Both the position numbers and the translations under genes were made by a program. Positions 34,377 to 44,790 of a DNA stretch of 64,000 nucleotides are shown here, piece by piece; positions within the stretch are counted from its first letter, which is position 1, and every line of letters starts with the position of its first letter. The notes under the pieces were generated by a model. The model did no database searches. It was not told where the DNA came from and saw only the letters and a list, made by a program, of their open reading frames with translations. The DNA comes from Schmidtea polychroa (taxonomy: Eukaryota). The stretch is from NCBI GenBank assembly GCA_044892525.1, contig CM097886.1, positions 139,376,001-139,440,000 of the forward strand. The letters are read 5' to 3'.

Positions 34377-34788
34377 ATGTATACAGAAACACCAAAAAGT
34401 TGTCATGGAGTAAGTTTTTCAATACTGTTTAATTTATTAAAGTAGTTCTGTTCAGGTCAATAGAATTGGAAAACAGATATTGGGAAATGAATTTGTAGGA
34501 GTTTTTCCTCTCGATAAAATCCCATATTTGAGCAATAATCAAGCCATAATCGTCAATACTCAATCGTCTCATCTTGGTGGAGAACATTGGATTGCTATAT
34601 ATGTGAAACCTAGTAATATATTCGTGTTCGATCCTATGGGTTTCTATTACCCTGCTTTGTTGGTATCAAAACTACAAACAATGGGGAAACCTATTGTATA
34701 TAATAAAACAATGTTTCAAAATCCCTTGACACAAACATGCGGTCAACATTGTTTAGCTTGGTTGTTGTATAAAAAATTTGATGATTAA
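34377..34788 (+). CDS. Adenain-like cysteine protease, two exons (34377-34409, 34456-34788)
   Basis: FVGVFP.D, GEHW, FDP.G, Q...CGQHC catalytic set. A GTAAGT...TTCAG 46-bp intron links an in-frame ATG placed directly after the MCP stop. Confidence 0.9.
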
Positions 34789-35404
34789 TAAANNNNNNNN
34801 NNNNNNNNNNNNNNNNNNNNNNNNNNNNNNNNNNNNNNNNNNNNNNNNNNNNNNNNNNNNNNNNNNNNNNNNNNNNNNNNNNNNNNNNNNNNNNNNNNNN
34901 NNNNNNNNNNNNNNNNNNNNNNNNNNNNNNNNNNNNNNNNNNNNNNNNNNNNNNNNNNNNNNNNNNNNNNNNNNNNNNNNNNNNNNNNNNNNNNNNNNNN
35001 NNNNNNNNNNNNNNNNNNNNNNNNNNNNNNNNNNNNNNNNNNNNNNNNNNNNNNNNNNNNNNNNNNNNNNNNNNNNNNNNNNNNNNNNNNNNNNNNNNNN
35101 NNNNNNNNNNNNNNNNNNNNNNNNNNNNNNNNNNNNNNNNNNNNNNNNNNNNNNNNNNNNNNNNNNNNNNNNNNNNNNNNNNNNNNNNNNNNNNATATTA
35201 TTATCTAACTATACAAACATTGTGCATGCACAAAGATATGCAATCCCATTTGCTACCATTTGATTGGCTGATAGAGGAAAAAGTATTCAGGAATGTGTCT
35301 TAATTCTGATTGGTTGAGACATGGAAATATTCCTGTTCTATATAAACATTGACAATTCTAAAATTCGTCATAATTATTCTTAAATTTACAAATTTTAAAT
35401 TAGA

Positions 35405-35970
35405 ATGGACGCTGATTTACACAAAATTTTGAATGCCATGTTGATGGGTGAAAATGGTAAATTATTTAGTTATTATTATTATTATTTTTATTTATTATTT
35501 TAGAGAATTTATGGTACCAAGTGACTGAAGATGATTCAATTTTGAATGTTGATAGGATTTTCGGTAAATTTAAATATTTTAATTTTTATGAAATTATTAT
35601 TTTATTTAGAACCTATTATAATTAGCGACGATGATGATGTCGTGTTTATTGGGCAAAATGATGCCCCGGATAATGATGCCTTATTTGTTAGGCAAAACAA
35701 TGTTTTTAATGAACAAAGTAAATTTATTTTATTTTAGTATATTATTTTTTAAAAATCATTTTAGTGTTTAATGTTGACATGGACGCTTAAATCGATGTTC
35801 CAATTAATAATGATTCTATTGAGGAGATGAATAATGCACTGACTTCTATCGATGAGTTGAATTATGTGGATAATACAATCGAGGAGCTTGTTAATGTGGA
35901 TAATGCCCTCACTTCTATTGAGGAGGTTGTTGATAATGAATCAGATTCCGACATGGAATCACGATGTTAG
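35405..35970 (+). pseudogene. Four-exon acidic protein gene inside the Maverick, with an in-frame TAA in exon 4
   Basis: Exons 35405-35456, 35504-35563, 35610-35717, 35765-35970; introns 47/46/47 bp GT-AG, all phase 1. TAA at 35788; the frame then stays open for 59 further codons to TAG 35970. Confidence 0.65.
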
Positions 35971-36333
35971 TATTTATTTATTTTTATATATTTATTTTTT
36001 TTTTTTTTAAAAACCTTGTAAATTTCTTAAATACTTTTTAAACATTTTCTTTAAAAACTTATTTATAAAAACTTATTATGAAAATGAAGAAAATATTATG
36101 ATGAAATTGAAAATGTTATGTTGACTAAATGATGAAAATATTATGATGAAGAAAATGATGAAAATATTATGATGAAGAAAATGATGAAAATATTATGATG
36201 AAGAAAATGTTTAAAAAGTATTTAAGAAACAATAGTTTTAAAATATTCCTTGTAGTTTGCAATGAGCAACTACATTAGTTAAAATAATAATAATAATAAT
36301 AATAATATTAAAAATAGTAATAAAAATATATCT

Positions 36334-36780
36334 TGTAGTCTGCAGTGAGCATGCAGCTACATATCTCTTTTATCATGATTGCCCCAATAAATGTAGTCTG
36401 CAGTCAGCATGCAGCTACATATCTCTTTTATCATGATTGCCCCAATAAATGTAGTCTGCAGTCAGCATGCAGCTACATATCTCTTTTATCATGATTGCCC
36501 CAATAAATGTAGTCTGCAGTCAGCATGCAGCTACATATCTCTTTTATCATGATTGCCCCAATAAATGTAGTCTGTAGTCAGCATGCAGCTACATCAAACT
36601 AATTATTTATTACGTAATACATACCCTTTATTAAATGTGTCTAAATGCAGCTGCGTCAAACTAAATATTTATTACGTAATACATACCCTTTATTAAATGT
36701 GTCTAAATGCAGCTGCAACAAACTATTTATTACGTAATAATTAACCCTTATTAAATATAGTCTGCATGCAGCTGCATCAA
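36334..36780. repeat. Tandem arrays upstream of pPolB: 5 x 58-bp hairpin units, then 3 x ~62-bp units
   Basis: TGTAGTCTG units at 36334, 36392, 36450, 36508, 36566; second array carries TATTACGTAATA. Confidence 0.92.
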
Positions 36781-36964
36781 TAATGATAATAATGATAATA
36801 ATAATAATAATAATAATAAAATCACACATTTATAGTTTACAAGACTTTATTAATATAAATACAATTTCATGATTAATATTAATTGATAAATATAATTAAC
36901 AGGCAAATTATATCCACATTACTGCCAGGCTTCAACTGGTCACTCAAATTTATGTCACAAAGTG

Positions 36965-39900
36965 ATGAAAAAATATTATGGTCGTAAATTTTATGGCATC
37001 AAGTACTATATATGCCCAATATGCGAGACTTCCCATAGCATTAAATATTTAGAGTTTTACAGTATACATAAATCCCATTTAAATCAGTTCTCTTTAAATA
37101 AAAAGGATTTATTTAACAAATTGCGAAATACCGCAAAACCTATAATTAAAACTAATGTAAATAATACAAAACCTGTAAATAATAATACAAAACCTGTAAA
37201 TAATAATACAAAACCTGTAAATAATATTACAAAACCTGTAAATAATATTACAAAACCTGTAAATAATAATACAAAACCTGTAAATAATAATACAAAACCT
37301 GTAAATAATAATACAAAACCTGTAAATAATATTACAAAACCTGTAAATAATATTACAAAACCTGTAAATAATAATACAAAACATGTAAATAATATTACAA
37401 AACCTGTAAATAATAATAATACAAAACCTGTAAATAATATTACAAAACCTGTAAATAATAATATAAAACATGTAAATAATATTACAAAACCTCTAATTAA
37501 TAATGTTATTAATGTAAATAATAATTTAAAAAGACCTGCTGTTAGTATTGGGTCTGATGCTCCCTCTAAAATTAATAAATTAGAACAAATAACTGTGGTT
37601 AATAATATTCAAGTAGGCGGTTCAGTCGATATTGACGATGAACCTGAAATCGAAATTGATTTTAAGGGGGTTCGAAAGAATCTAAGATTTAATGTAGAAA
37701 AGGATAACATCATTCAAATATCCATAACCGATAAAATCGTTAATAAGTTAAAACATGAAATAATCAGAATGGGGTCGGTGAAAATACAATTCTCTGTATT
37801 GATTCAATTTGAAAAAGATGGTGAAATTAAAGATAATTTCTTCTCGAATAGGGCAGAGGCTTTTTCAGATAGTTTTCTAAGTGAGGGGGTTCACAAATTA
37901 AATAATAAAATAGAAAAATTCACATATTTGGGTAGTGGATGGCGGGTTGTTAAAATCAAAGAAATAGATTTTATATTAACAAAATTTACACATATGAATA
38001 GGCTAGCTGGACATAGTTACATCCCCACCCCATCATCTTTAAAATCTAAAAATGCAATAGTAAATGTTAAAAACACCGATGATATGTGCTTTATATATAG
38101 TATTTTAGCACTTTTAAAACGCAATGTCGTACATAGTCATAGGAACCGTGTTAGTTCCTATGAAAATTATCTTGACGAGTTAAATTTTGACCCCATTTCC
38201 GACTGTCCAATGAAACTATGTGATATTCCTAAATTCGAGATGAAAAATAAGGATTTAAATTTATCAATAAATGTTTTAACTTATAGAACAACCCCTGCTA
38301 AGCCTTTTGAAAATATAGTTGACGATAATTATATTCCACATCATCCCAAATTGGATATAATTCACCGATCTACGGTTATAGGTGGTGAACCCATATATTT
38401 ACTTTTATTGGAAGACGGTGATAATTTCCATTATACTGCAGTTTTTAACTTACAAAGACTAATGAATTGTCGCTCTAGTAGTGAATGTGACGTTAGACTT
38501 CAAGTAAACTGGTGCCCCCATTGTCTCAATGGTTTTCGACTTAAAAATGCATTTGATATTCACGTTGCCTTATGCATTAAAAACCAGATAGGTACTACTT
38601 TATACACGCTACCCAATGATAAAAATTTAATTTTTCAAAATTATGCGAAAACCATAACCCCGCCATTCGTGATATATGCAGACTTTGAATCAATTTTACC
38701 GGGGGATATAATACACCATCAAAAGCATTTGCCAATAACAGCAGGTTTATTATTAATAAATAATTATAATAACTCTAAATTTTATTATGAGTTTGTTGGG
38801 GATGATTGTATCTTATCTTTCTTGCGTAAGGTGGAGGAAATTGCTATGACAATTGTCCTGCCATATTACGAAATTAATGGGAAAAAGCCCATGCAGACCT
38901 TGTCTTTCGCTGAAGAGCGGGCCTTTCGTGATTCCAGAACCTGCTACCTTTGTAAAAAATTCATTAAGAATAGAGTTAGGGATCATTGTCACTTTTCAGG
39001 TAAGTATCTTGGTGCTGCCTGTATGAAATGTAATGTTTCTCGACGAATTCAGAAACAGTTACCTGTGGTTTTTCACAATTTGAGGGGGTATGATCTTCAT
39101 CATATTTTGAAGTATGGTTTGAATAATTTTCCTTCTTGGGAATTAAATATTATTCCGACCACTACTGAGAAATTCATCTCTCTTATCGCGTACATTAACA
39201 AATTGTCTGTTCGTTTTATTGACAGCATGCAGTTTGTTAATTCATCTTTAGCAAAAGCGGTTAAGACTCTTTCCGATCTGCCTTTAACTTCTTCTGTTTT
39301 CGATGGCGCAATTGTTCGAGCCAAAGGTATCTTTCCTTATGACTTTGCAACTTCGCTTGAGGTTCTGGAATCGACTCTTGAATTGCCTCCTATTTGGGAT
39401 TCTGTGTCTAATGATGAATATGCATTAGCCCAAGTAATTTGGACTCAGCAAAACTGCAATAACATGTTAGATTACATGTTAACTTACCTTAAATTAGACG
39501 TGTTTCTCCTCGCAGACTATTTCCAACAATTCCGTGCAAAGGCCATTGCTTACAATGGTCTTGAGCCTCTTAATTTCTATGGCATTCCCGGTATGTCATG
39601 GGCCTCTGCGCTTATGACATTAACGGAACCCATTGAACTTTTGCAGGACATGGAAATGTTTAATTTCTATGAAGGAGGGATACGTGGTGGGTTAACATTT
39701 GTTAACAAACATTATGTTGCAAGTTCTGAAGACACAGAACTCTTGTATATTGATATTAATAACTTGTATGGTTGGGCCTTAAGCCAAAATCTGCCTTATG
39801 CTGACTTTGTTTGGGTGTATGATGATCTTGATTCTGTCTTGAATGAATGTATAAATGCTGATATCGATAACCTTCCATATGGTTATACTATGGAGGTAGA

Positions 39901-41143
39901 TATGGATATACCTGTTTGTTTGCATGACTTTCTGAATGATTTTCCTCTTGCTCCGGAAAAGATGTGCCCGCCAAATTCTAAAGTTGAGAAGCTGATGCTC
40001 ACGCATTGGCCGAAGAAGAACCATGTTCTTCATTGGCGACTTCTCAAGTTGTATATAGAATTGGGGGCTATTATTAAAAATGTACATAGAGCAATCAAAT
40101 TTAAGCATGCACCCATTTTCAAATCTTACATAGACAAAAACACTAATTTGAGAGCCAATTCTACATGCGAATTATATAGGGATCTATACAAATTATTTAA
40201 TAATAGTCTGTATGGGAAATCCGTAGAAAACCTTAAAAAACGGATGAATTTGAGGCTATGCAATTCAGCTGAAAAGATGATTGTATATGCTTCAAAGCCG
40301 ACTTTCAAGAAATCTATCAAAATTGATGATGACTTGATTGCTGCACATCTATATAAGGATTCTATATGTTTAGACAGGCCTAGTTACATTGGCCAAACGG
40401 TGCTAGACCTGTCTAAACTGAGGATGTACCAGTTACAGTATAAAGAATTGGCTAAATATAGAAATGAATTTAAATGTGAGATAAATATCGTTGCCGGCGA
40501 TACTGACTCCTTTTTTCTTGAGGTTAAGAACTGTAAGCTTGACACTCTTTTGCCGGCAATGATTCGTGACAATCTTTTAGACACTTCCAACTATGACCCT
40601 GCACATCCCTTATACTCTAGAAACCTTGATTCGGTGATAGGTAAATTTAAAGATGAAAGTAAAGGTCTAGGGTATAAGGAATGGGTTTTCTTAAGACCCA
40701 AGTGCTATAGTTTGTTAGGGGCTAAAGATCATTTAAAAGCAAAAGGAGTCAGGTTAATAGGTACAGAAATTAGGCACGATTCATATTTAGAATGCTACAA
40801 TAACAACGTAGTATTTTCTGTGCCACAAAGTAGGATAGGGACGCGGAACCATCAATTGTACACATTTAAAAACAATAAAATCGCGTTGACAAACAACGAC
40901 GACAAGCGGTTTTGGGTGGGGAAAAATTCCAGTCTCGCATTTGGTCATTATTTAGCACTAGATGATATAAATGATGATCAAATATTTGAAGAAGTTGGGC
41001 CACTATTCGGAGGATTAAGTCCAGATTTTGTTTCTGGTGATGAGGAAGTGGGTCCACTTTTCAATGGTTTAAGTCCAGATTTCGATTCTGGTGATGATCC
41101 TAATGATAAAAGAGATATAGATGATATTTTATTGTCAGACTAA
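36965..41143 (+). CDS. polB: Protein-primed family B DNA polymerase (~1392 aa)
   Basis: YADFES, DHCH.SG, FHNL.GYD, FIDSMQF, KGIFPY, Y..LDV, YIDINNLYG, KLFNNSLYGK, GDTDS, RPKCYS. N-terminal Zn-finger-like motif and ~16 PVNN(N/I)TK repeats. Confidence 0.97.
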   Translation: MKKYYGRKFYGIKYYICPICETSHSIKYLEFYSIHKSHLNQFSLNKKDLFNKLRNTAKPIIKTNVNNTKPVNNNTKPVNNNTKPVNNITKPVNNITKPVNNNTKPVNNNTKPVNNNTKPVNNITKPVNNITKPVNNNTKHVNNITKPVNNNNTKPVNNITKPVNNNIKHVNNITKPLINNVINVNNNLKRPAVSIGSDAPSKINKLEQITVVNNIQVGGSVDIDDEPEIEIDFKGVRKNLRFNVEKDNIIQISITDKIVNKLKHEIIRMGSVKIQFSVLIQFEKDGEIKDNFFSNRAEAFSDSFLSEGVHKLNNKIEKFTYLGSGWRVVKIKEIDFILTKFTHMNRLAGHSYIPTPSSLKSKNAIVNVKNTDDMCFIYSILALLKRNVVHSHRNRVSSYENYLDELNFDPISDCPMKLCDIPKFEMKNKDLNLSINVLTYRTTPAKPFENIVDDNYIPHHPKLDIIHRSTVIGGEPIYLLLLEDGDNFHYTAVFNLQRLMNCRSSSECDVRLQVNWCPHCLNGFRLKNAFDIHVALCIKNQIGTTLYTLPNDKNLIFQNYAKTITPPFVIYADFESILPGDIIHHQKHLPITAGLLLINNYNNSKFYYEFVGDDCILSFLRKVEEIAMTIVLPYYEINGKKPMQTLSFAEERAFRDSRTCYLCKKFIKNRVRDHCHFSGKYLGAACMKCNVSRRIQKQLPVVFHNLRGYDLHHILKYGLNNFPSWELNIIPTTTEKFISLIAYINKLSVRFIDSMQFVNSSLAKAVKTLSDLPLTSSVFDGAIVRAKGIFPYDFATSLEVLESTLELPPIWDSVSNDEYALAQVIWTQQNCNNMLDYMLTYLKLDVFLLADYFQQFRAKAIAYNGLEPLNFYGIPGMSWASALMTLTEPIELLQDMEMFNFYEGGIRGGLTFVNKHYVASSEDTELLYIDINNLYGWALSQNLPYADFVWVYDDLDSVLNECINADIDNLPYGYTMEVDMDIPVCLHDFLNDFPLAPEKMCPPNSKVEKLMLTHWPKKNHVLHWRLLKLYIELGAIIKNVHRAIKFKHAPIFKSYIDKNTNLRANSTCELYRDLYKLFNNSLYGKSVENLKKRMNLRLCNSAEKMIVYASKPTFKKSIKIDDDLIAAHLYKDSICLDRPSYIGQTVLDLSKLRMYQLQYKELAKYRNEFKCEINIVAGDTDSFFLEVKNCKLDTLLPAMIRDNLLDTSNYDPAHPLYSRNLDSVIGKFKDESKGLGYKEWVFLRPKCYSLLGAKDHLKAKGVRLIGTEIRHDSYLECYNNNVVFSVPQSRIGTRNHQLYTFKNNKIALTNNDDKRFWVGKNSSLAFGHYLALDDINDDQIFEEVGPLFGGLSPDFVSGDEEVGPLFNGLSPDFDSGDDPNDKRDIDDILLSD

Positions 41144-41380
41144 ACTGTGATAAATGTTAATATATCTTTAATAAAACGTTTCTTCTACATTGTTGTATTA
41201 TCTAAAATTTTTATTGAAAACTTGTTATAGTTTTCACATTTCTTACAAATGTTAAACACTTGTATAAATATATTTATTAATATTGATAAAGTTTTTATAA
41301 ATCATGTTTAACTATTGAAAGAAATTTTTATTTGAAATGTATGTATGAGCTCACCACTACATATATGAGTTGAGTGTACA

Positions 41381-41528
41381 TTTAAAGTATAATATTTAGA
41401 ATTTAGAAAGTTTTACCTTGAATATTTTTACCAGTACCAATTGTGAACAATAACCATGTGACTTGTTGAGTGTGAGTAGTACCCTTGCTAGCAATACCCA
41501 TAGGGAGACAGAATATCTTGTCGGATAG

Positions 41529-41591
<63 letters not shown>

Positions 41592-42623
41592 CTTAGAAAA
41601 TAATAATATGTAATCAACGATTTAAACAAAATTATATTATTACGTATTCTATAATTAAAACAGAAGAATTATATAATCAATGATTTAAACAAATTATATA
41701 ATCATCGATAATTAAAACAAAATTATTAATTCTAAAAATATTAGGCATCGTTCTAAAAGTATGATGTAATCATTCTAAAAATATTAGGCATCGTTCTAAA
41801 AGTATGACGTAATCGCTCTAAAAATATTAGGCATCGTTCTAAAAATATTTGGCATCGTTCTAAAAATATTAGACATCGATTACGTAATAGTTCTAAAAAT
41901 ATTAGGCATCATTCTAAAAATAATAGACATCGTTCTAAAATTATGACGTAATCATTCTAAAAATATTAGGCATCATTCTAAAATATTAGACATCATTCTA
42001 AAAATAATAGACATCGTTCTAAAAATATTTGGCATCATTCTAAAATATTAGACATCATTCTAAAAATGTGATGAGTCATTGTCTTTGTTCTAAAAATGTG
42101 ATGAGTCATCGTATGATAAAAATCTATAGCTCATTCGAAAGTTCTTGGACTGAGCTTTAAAATAAGCTATCGATCAATATAATATGTTGGTGGGAACAAT
42201 AATTTTTGGGATGAAAAAAAGTAGGTCCCCGCTGGATCACTTAATAATATTTTGAAAAATAATAATAATTTAACGTTGAAAAGATGGTGGTCATCAATTG
42301 TTAATAACATTAAAACTATTAAAGTTATATAAGATACCTATAGCTCATTCGAAAGGTCTTGGACTGAGCTTGAAGATGAGGTATCGGTTAATAAAATTTG
42401 TTGGCGGGAACATTACTTTTGGGAAGAAAAAAAGTAGGTCCCCGCTGGATCACTTAATTTAAAAAAAATTACGTAATAGTTCTAAAAATATTAGGCATCG
42501 TTCTAAAAATATTAGGCATCGTTCTAAAAAAAAAAATAAAATTTTTTCCCGGGGGGGGGGGGGGGGGAGGGGGTATATGTGATCTGGAGGGGACATGGTC
42601 TGGGGAGCTCACATCCTACTACT
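41381..42623 (-). repeat. Maverick right TIR (~1243 bp)
   Basis: Inverted copy of the left TIR with fewer 21-bp units and scattered substitutions. Confidence 0.95.
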
Positions 42624-43181
42624 GTTGTCATCTCAGTTGACTGATCTGTTTTGACAATTTACTTTATTTCATTGGTCTACAATTTACTTTGTTTAACTAG
42701 TTTGTAATTTATTTTGTTTAATTTATTTATAATTTAGTCTACAATTTACTTTGTTTATTTTATTTATAATTTCGTACAATCTGTCTATGTTTCTAAATTT
42801 TGATATGCCTGTATTTGACTGAATTTGGGGATTAACGGCGCTCTGGTGCAATACTTCTTGCATTGTTTTAAATTATTATTAGTTGGATGTTTTTTTTAGT
42901 TTTCTGTGTTATTTTCTCTATTATTACTGTTTATTTGGTGTTCTATTATGTTTTAATTTAAATATACCTAATGCTGGGTATGTTGTTGTGTGCCACCACA
43001 TTCTGTCACAATCTCAAGATGTGGGTCTAGAATTCAGTTCTAGTCCAACAATAATAACGTACTAAAAGAGAAAGTCAAGCCCCAAATATGAATTGTTATA
43101 ATTTATTAATTTTTGAGGTATATTATTTTTAAATTTTTTAATGTTATTAAATTTATTTATGTTTCTATGTAATCATCTCTA

Positions 43182-43290
43182 TGTTGGATGATGAGAGTCG
43201 GCCCATCGACACATTCACTTAATAAATATTATAAAACAAGGCCAAACAAATACAGGGTAAACGTATTTGCAGAATATCAAAGATGAGGAC
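43182..43290 (+). repeat. LTR family A 5' end (copy 4, degraded)
   Basis: TGTTGGATGATGAGAGTCGGCCCATC...TACAGGGTAAACGTATTTGCAGAA. Confidence 0.6.
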
Positions 43291-43459
43291 CAATACCAAT
43301 CCCAGAGAACAACAGTCAAGATGATTACTCCAAGCAACTTGATTCGGTGAACAATAAATTCATTCGAAAACATTTTTATAAGCAGTGTAATTCATAGTTG
43401 ATATTTTAGTGATATTCTTATTTTATTATTGATGCATATTATTAATTGGGTATTGTAGT

Positions 43460-43828
43460 CAGGGGCGTAGCCAGGGGTGTTGGGGGTTTAAATCCCCATC
43501 CAATATGAGTACGTAAGAAACATATTGTTTTCGCTTTTTACTAATTAATTTTATACCTTTCATTAAAATTTAAAATGTTATAAATTAGCATACATCAAGA
43601 AAAAACATGAAAATTACGAAAATAGCAAATACAATTGCAAAAGTCAAGGTATCGATAATGTTCAATCTGTTCCTGAAGCATCTCAACTTGAGTCTCAAGT
43701 TTACCGAGTAGTCTTGACATTGCTTTACTTACTCTGCCTAATGAAATCAAATTTTTTAATACAGATCGAATGACCGAAGACGAAAAACTTTGTGCAATTT
43801 CAAACATCACAAATCCAGAAGCTGCATA
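43460..43828 (+). mobile_element. hAT (Tip100-like) 5' end interrupted by LTR copy 5
   Basis: Starts CAGGGGCGTAGCCAGGGG. Peptide DRMTEDEKLCAISNITNPEAAY resembles Tip100/ZMYM1 N-terminal regions and is cut at TGTTGG 43829. Confidence 0.5.
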
Positions 43829-44790
43829 TGTTGGATGATGAGGGTAGGCCCATTACCACATTTAACCTCAACAAATATTATAAGACAGGGCCCAGGAGAT
43901 ATAGGGTCAATATATGTGCCGAGGAGAGACAGTAGACCCAGATAACCCAATCCAATTCAAAAATAACACAATAAACTCGAATCAATCCAATAAAACAGTA
44001 TTCGTGAACAATCAAACATTCTGTATATGTCTGAACTATTCAAAACATTATTTGTGATCAAACATTAGTGCACATTTTACCTTTTAGTATTATCTCTTAT
44101 TTTGTGTACAGTCTGGATTTTATCTTTTAACATTAGTGTATGATTTTTATGATCAGGTGTATATATTTAATAGAATATGTATCTTATCAATCTCTTAAAT
44201 ACAATATAATTTTATGTAAAGGGAAAAATATCTGGAATAAATTAATCTATAACAATTTTTAATTAAAGAAAAATCTAATATCTTAATTTTCGGTTAAAAA
44301 GAATTTTTTTTAAACCAACATAAAATAGTTATTTCTACAGCAAATTATTTTATTAACTAACATAAATCATTTTATTAGCTGTTTATTTTATTAGTAGGAA
44401 AAAACATTTTTTAACCAATTGAAATAAAAATAATTTATATTGTATATTCATAAGTACAAAAAATTTTAATATAAATACCCAACCATTTTCAGTACAAATT
44501 GCCAAAAATTAGCGCGTTAGCCGTTTCAAAGGGAATTCCTGCGAAACACTTAAAACCCGAGACAGCACAGAAACGTCTCACACGTTCTTTCAAGCAGTAA
44601 CTATAAATATAAGCACGAGTACACAACAGATAACACTACACACAATCTAAACCAGTTTCTGAATAAAGCTAATTTAGATATTTTGTATTGATTGAAAGAA
44701 ATAATTGTCATTTTGAAATTTTATTCTTGAGGTAAATTTTTGTTTAATATATATATATTCATATCCAGTTTTTGTTTTGATATATATATA
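43829..44790 (+). repeat. LTR family A (copy 5), 5' part
   Basis: Encodes LDDEGRPITTFNLNKYYKTGPRRYRVNICAEERQ*; shares downstream blocks and the TTTTGA(TA)n site with copies 2 and 3. Confidence 0.7.

Larger units (their letters stand above)
26612..42623 (+). mobile_element. Maverick/Polinton (adintovirus-like endogenous element), 16,012 bp including a 402-N gap
   Basis: AGTAGT...ACTACT termini, 6-bp TSD GTTGTC (26606-26611, 42624-42629), long TIRs and full core gene set. Confidence 0.98.
25339..43050. mobile_element. ~1.7-kb TG...CA inverted-repeat element split by the Maverick (25339-26611 + 42630-43050)
   Basis: Left end TGTTGGGCTGGAATTGAATTCTAAACCC is the reverse complement of the right end (5 mismatches in 37 nt, similarity over ~85 nt); flanks ACAAT / ATAAT. 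Confidence 0.5.

Noticed and set aside
34371-34379. TAAATG as a poxvirus-like late promoter
   Set aside because: It is simply the MCP stop abutting the protease ATG, is not repeated exactly at other genes, and is common in AT-rich DNA.
36334-36594. CRISPR-like array
   Set aside because: Units are contiguous and near-identical with no unique spacers; eukaryotic context and no cas genes.
37109-37471. IIYRFC-repeat ORF
   Set aside because: Antisense of the pPolB PVNNNTK repeats.
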